A stretch of DNA of 20,000 nt from the sequence record SRR22947727_1573; one strand, 5' to 3'. The notes under the pieces are model-generated. The model saw only the letters and a list, made by a program, of their open reading frames with translations, ran no database searches and was not told where the DNA came from. The position numbers were made by a program, and so were the translations under genes. This document shows, one piece after another, positions 17,925-20,000 of this stretch (position 1 is the first letter of the stretch; the number at the start of each line of letters is the position of its first letter).

Positions 17925-18278
17925 TTAAGGTTGGCCTTGAGCTTCCATCAAAGCACGCAGCAATTTTTCGTCGTTCAAATCATCTTCAGCCGGCTTGTCA
18001 GGCTCGCCGCCCATCAACAGGGCCATGGAATCTTCTTCCGGCTCGTCGACTTCGATTTGAGTTTGATTGCTTTCAATCAACCGCTCAAGCAGATCATCGA
18101 CCATTTGAGTTTCATCGGCAATTTCACGCAGGGAAACGACAGGGTTTTTGTCGTTGTCGCGATCTACAGTCACCGGAGACCCACTGGCAATCTCGCGCGC
18201 CCGATGAGCCGCCAGCATGACCAGATCAAAACGATTTGGAACCTTGTCTACACAATCTTCAACTGTGACACGCGCCAT
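17925..18278 (-). CDS. rpoZ: RNA polymerase omega subunit
   Basis: [37 protein letters not shown] with an acidic tail. AGGAGA RBS. Confidence 0.97.
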   Translation of the reverse strand: MARVTVEDCVDKVPNRFDLVMLAAHRAREIASGSPVTVDRDNDKNPVVSLREIADETQMVDDLLERLIESNQTQIEVDEPEEDSMALLMGGEPDKPAEDDLNDEKLLRALMEAQGQP

Positions 18279-18310
18279 GTCTGATCTCCTGCACCTGTGA
18301 TGAAGTTCGC

Positions 18311-18340
18311 TATTTAGGAGCGAATGCCAAGAAACGCAAG
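18311..18340 (-). promoter_or_regulatory. Candidate promoter of the rpoZ-spoT operon
   Basis: The minus strand reads CTTGCGT, 16 nt, CTAAAT, about 35 nt upstream of rpoZ, resembling the alphaproteobacterial CTTG...CTATAT consensus. Confidence 0.45.
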
Positions 18341-18373
18341 GGTGAATCGCGCATTCACGCCTCGGGCGCGCAC

Positions 18374-18967
18374 CTATGGCAATGGCTTGAGGGCCGCACG
18401 GTCTTCGGATGGCAAACGCTCAAACATCTGGCGCACCGTCAGACCCGATACCGGGTGACGCCAATTGGGTGCGACATCCATCAGCGGCCCTAAAACAAAG
18501 GCTCTATCCTGCATTCTTGGATGCGGTAGGATCAACTCTTGCGGGGTTTGAGACATTTGTTCAGACAGCGGTTTGTCGCGCCAGGCCTCATAAACCTCAA
18601 TCGTTGGTGCAACTTCATCCCCAAAGGCCAGTAAATCCAGATCCAAAACCCGGCCGCCCCATCGCTGGCTGCGCAGTCGGCCAAAATTGGCCTCGATGCG
18701 ATGCAGAATCGCCAAAAGCTCGTGTGATTCGCCCTGAAATTGAAATGAAACCGCCGCATTGACGTAATCGGGCCCATATCCAACGGGAAAACACGGGGTA
18801 ACGAAATATTTACTTTTTCGCAGGAGGCTATTGGTCATTGACCGAAGTGACGCAAAGGCATAACCCAAAGTCACTTGTGGCGGGCCCAATTCAGACTCTA
18901 AATTGCCGCCCAGGGCTACCAATATTGTTTTTTGCTGGGTTTTTATTTTATTTTGCATGGGTGACAT
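18374..18967 (-). CDS. folK: 2-amino-4-hydroxy-6-hydroxymethyldihydropteridine diphosphokinase
   Basis: [49 protein letters not shown]. The exact start (18967 or 18958) is uncertain. Confidence 0.94.
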   Translation of the reverse strand: MSPMQNKIKTQQKTILVALGGNLESELGPPQVTLGYAFASLRSMTNSLLRKSKYFVTPCFPVGYGPDYVNAAVSFQFQGESHELLAILHRIEANFGRLRSQRWGGRVLDLDLLAFGDEVAPTIEVYEAWRDKPLSEQMSQTPQELILPHPRMQDRAFVLGPLMDVAPNWRHPVSGLTVRQMFERLPSEDRAALKPLP

Positions 18968-19060
18968 TTACATAAACTATTTTAATAACTATCTTAAAGA
19001 AGCCTAGGCTGCAACTTACTCATCTCGCGGCACTCGGTACTTAAAAAGGATATATTTGGT

Positions 19061-19627
19061 ATGTTTTACCGCGACGAGCGCTTAGCGCTTTTTATTGATG
19101 GCGCAAATCTATATGCAGCCGCGAAAGCCTTGGGCTTTGACATTGACTACAAATTGCTTCGCCAAGAATTCACGAGCCGTGGAAAAATGCTGCGGGCGTT
19201 CTACTACACCGCGCTTTTGGAGAACGATGAATATTCACCAATCAGACCTTTGGTTGATTGGCTGAATTACAACGGCTTCACCATGGTCACCAAAGCGGCA
19301 AAAGAATTTACCGACAGCCAAGGCCGCCGGAAGATCAAGGGCAACATGGACATCGAGTTGACCGTAAACGCGATGGAACTGGCCCCGCATGTTGATCATA
19401 TCGTGCTCTTCTCCGGTGACGGTGACTTCCGGCCAATGGTCGAAAGTGTACAGCGCCAGGGCGTGCGCGTGTCCGTGGTCTCCACAATTCGCAGCCAACC
19501 GCCGATGATTGCCGATGAACTGCGTCGCCAGTGCGACAATTTCATCGAATTGGATGCGTTGCGTGACGTGATCGGTCGCCCAGCACGCGAAACCGATGAC
19601 TTTGTGGCCCCGGCGGAAGCTGATTAA
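19061..19627 (+). CDS. NYN-domain (LabA/DUF88, PIN-like fold) protein
   Basis: FIDGANLY, KGNMDIEL, LFSGDGDF.P.V, ADELRRQ.D.FIEL. AAAAGGA RBS. Confidence 0.92.
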   Translation: MFYRDERLALFIDGANLYAAAKALGFDIDYKLLRQEFTSRGKMLRAFYYTALLENDEYSPIRPLVDWLNYNGFTMVTKAAKEFTDSQGRRKIKGNMDIELTVNAMELAPHVDHIVLFSGDGDFRPMVESVQRQGVRVSVVSTIRSQPPMIADELRRQCDNFIELDALRDVIGRPARETDDFVAPAEAD

Positions 19628-19650
19628 TTCGCCCCAAGCTCTGGACGATC

Positions 19651-19679
19651 TTGCTCGGCACATTTAGCGTGCCGAGCAA
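19651..19679. other. Perfect 11-bp inverted repeat directly upstream of the ispH RBS
   Basis: TTGCTCGGCAC (19651-19661), loop ATTTAGC, GTGCCGAGCAA (19669-19679). Confidence 0.7.
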
Positions 19680-19691
19680 AGGACCGTTGCC

Positions 19692-20000
19692 ATGACAAAA
19701 CCTGAGCTCAAACTTTATCTCGCCGCGCCAAGAGGTTTTTGCGCGGGGGTGGATCGTGCGATAAAAATCGTAGAGATGGCTTTGCAAAAATGGGGTGCAC
19801 CCGTGTTTGTGCGCCATGAGATCGTGCACAATAAATTTGTCGTCGACGGCCTGCGCGCCCAGGGTGCTATATTTGTGCAAGAGCTGGACGAATGTCCGGA
19901 TGATCGCCCGGTGATTTTTTCCGCGCATGGGGTGCCGAAGTCCGTTCCAAGCGCCGCGCAGGCGCGGAATATGATCTATGTCGATGCCACCTGCCCTTTG
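19692..20000 (+). CDS. ispH: 4-hydroxy-3-methylbut-2-enyl diphosphate reductase, 5' part (runs off the window)
   Basis: Not in the ORF track. Translates as [24 protein letters not shown]...VRHEIVHN...VIFSAHGV...DATCPL. RBS AAAGGA at 19678-19683. Confidence 0.96.
   Translation, partial: MTKPELKLYLAAPRGFCAGVDRAIKIVEMALQKWGAPVFVRHEIVHNKFVVDGLRAQGAIFVQELDECPDDRPVIFSAHGVPKSVPSAAQARNMIYVDATCPL

Noticed and set aside
18982..18997. CtrA box (TTAA...TTAA)
   Set aside because: The spacer is 8 nt, whereas the consensus is TTAA-N7-TTAA.
1..20000. CRISPR array, tRNA/rRNA, transposase, integrase or defence genes
   Set aside because: I saw no regularly spaced repeats, RNA-gene signatures or mobile-element ORFs. 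All intergenic gaps are under about 220 nt.

Overview
This is an alphaproteobacterial chromosome segment, most likely Rhodobacteraceae/Roseobacter-like judging from gene order and protein styles (inference). The left part (1-8485, all + strand) is an acyl-CoA catabolic cluster: the 3' end of a MaoC/NodN-type hydratase, an ACAD10/11-LvaA-like APH phosphotransferase, a TetR regulator, a fused enoyl-CoA hydratase/3-hydroxyacyl-CoA dehydrogenase (PimF-like), and a PimC/PimD-like heteromeric acyl-CoA dehydrogenase pair. These are followed by an AT-rich spacer with repeated operator-like boxes, a divergent IclR-like regulator and a further acyl-CoA dehydrogenase. The middle holds qor and a LysE exporter, transcribed divergently. 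The right part is the conserved core operon on the - strand (folK, rpoZ, relA/spoT, DUF2062, pdxJ, acpS, lepB, rnc, era, DUF1491, recO), with an NYN/LabA gene and the 5' part of ispH on the + strand. I saw no RNA genes, CRISPR arrays or mobile elements. The most interesting candidate system is a beta-oxidation cluster with a built-in acyl-CoA kinase step.
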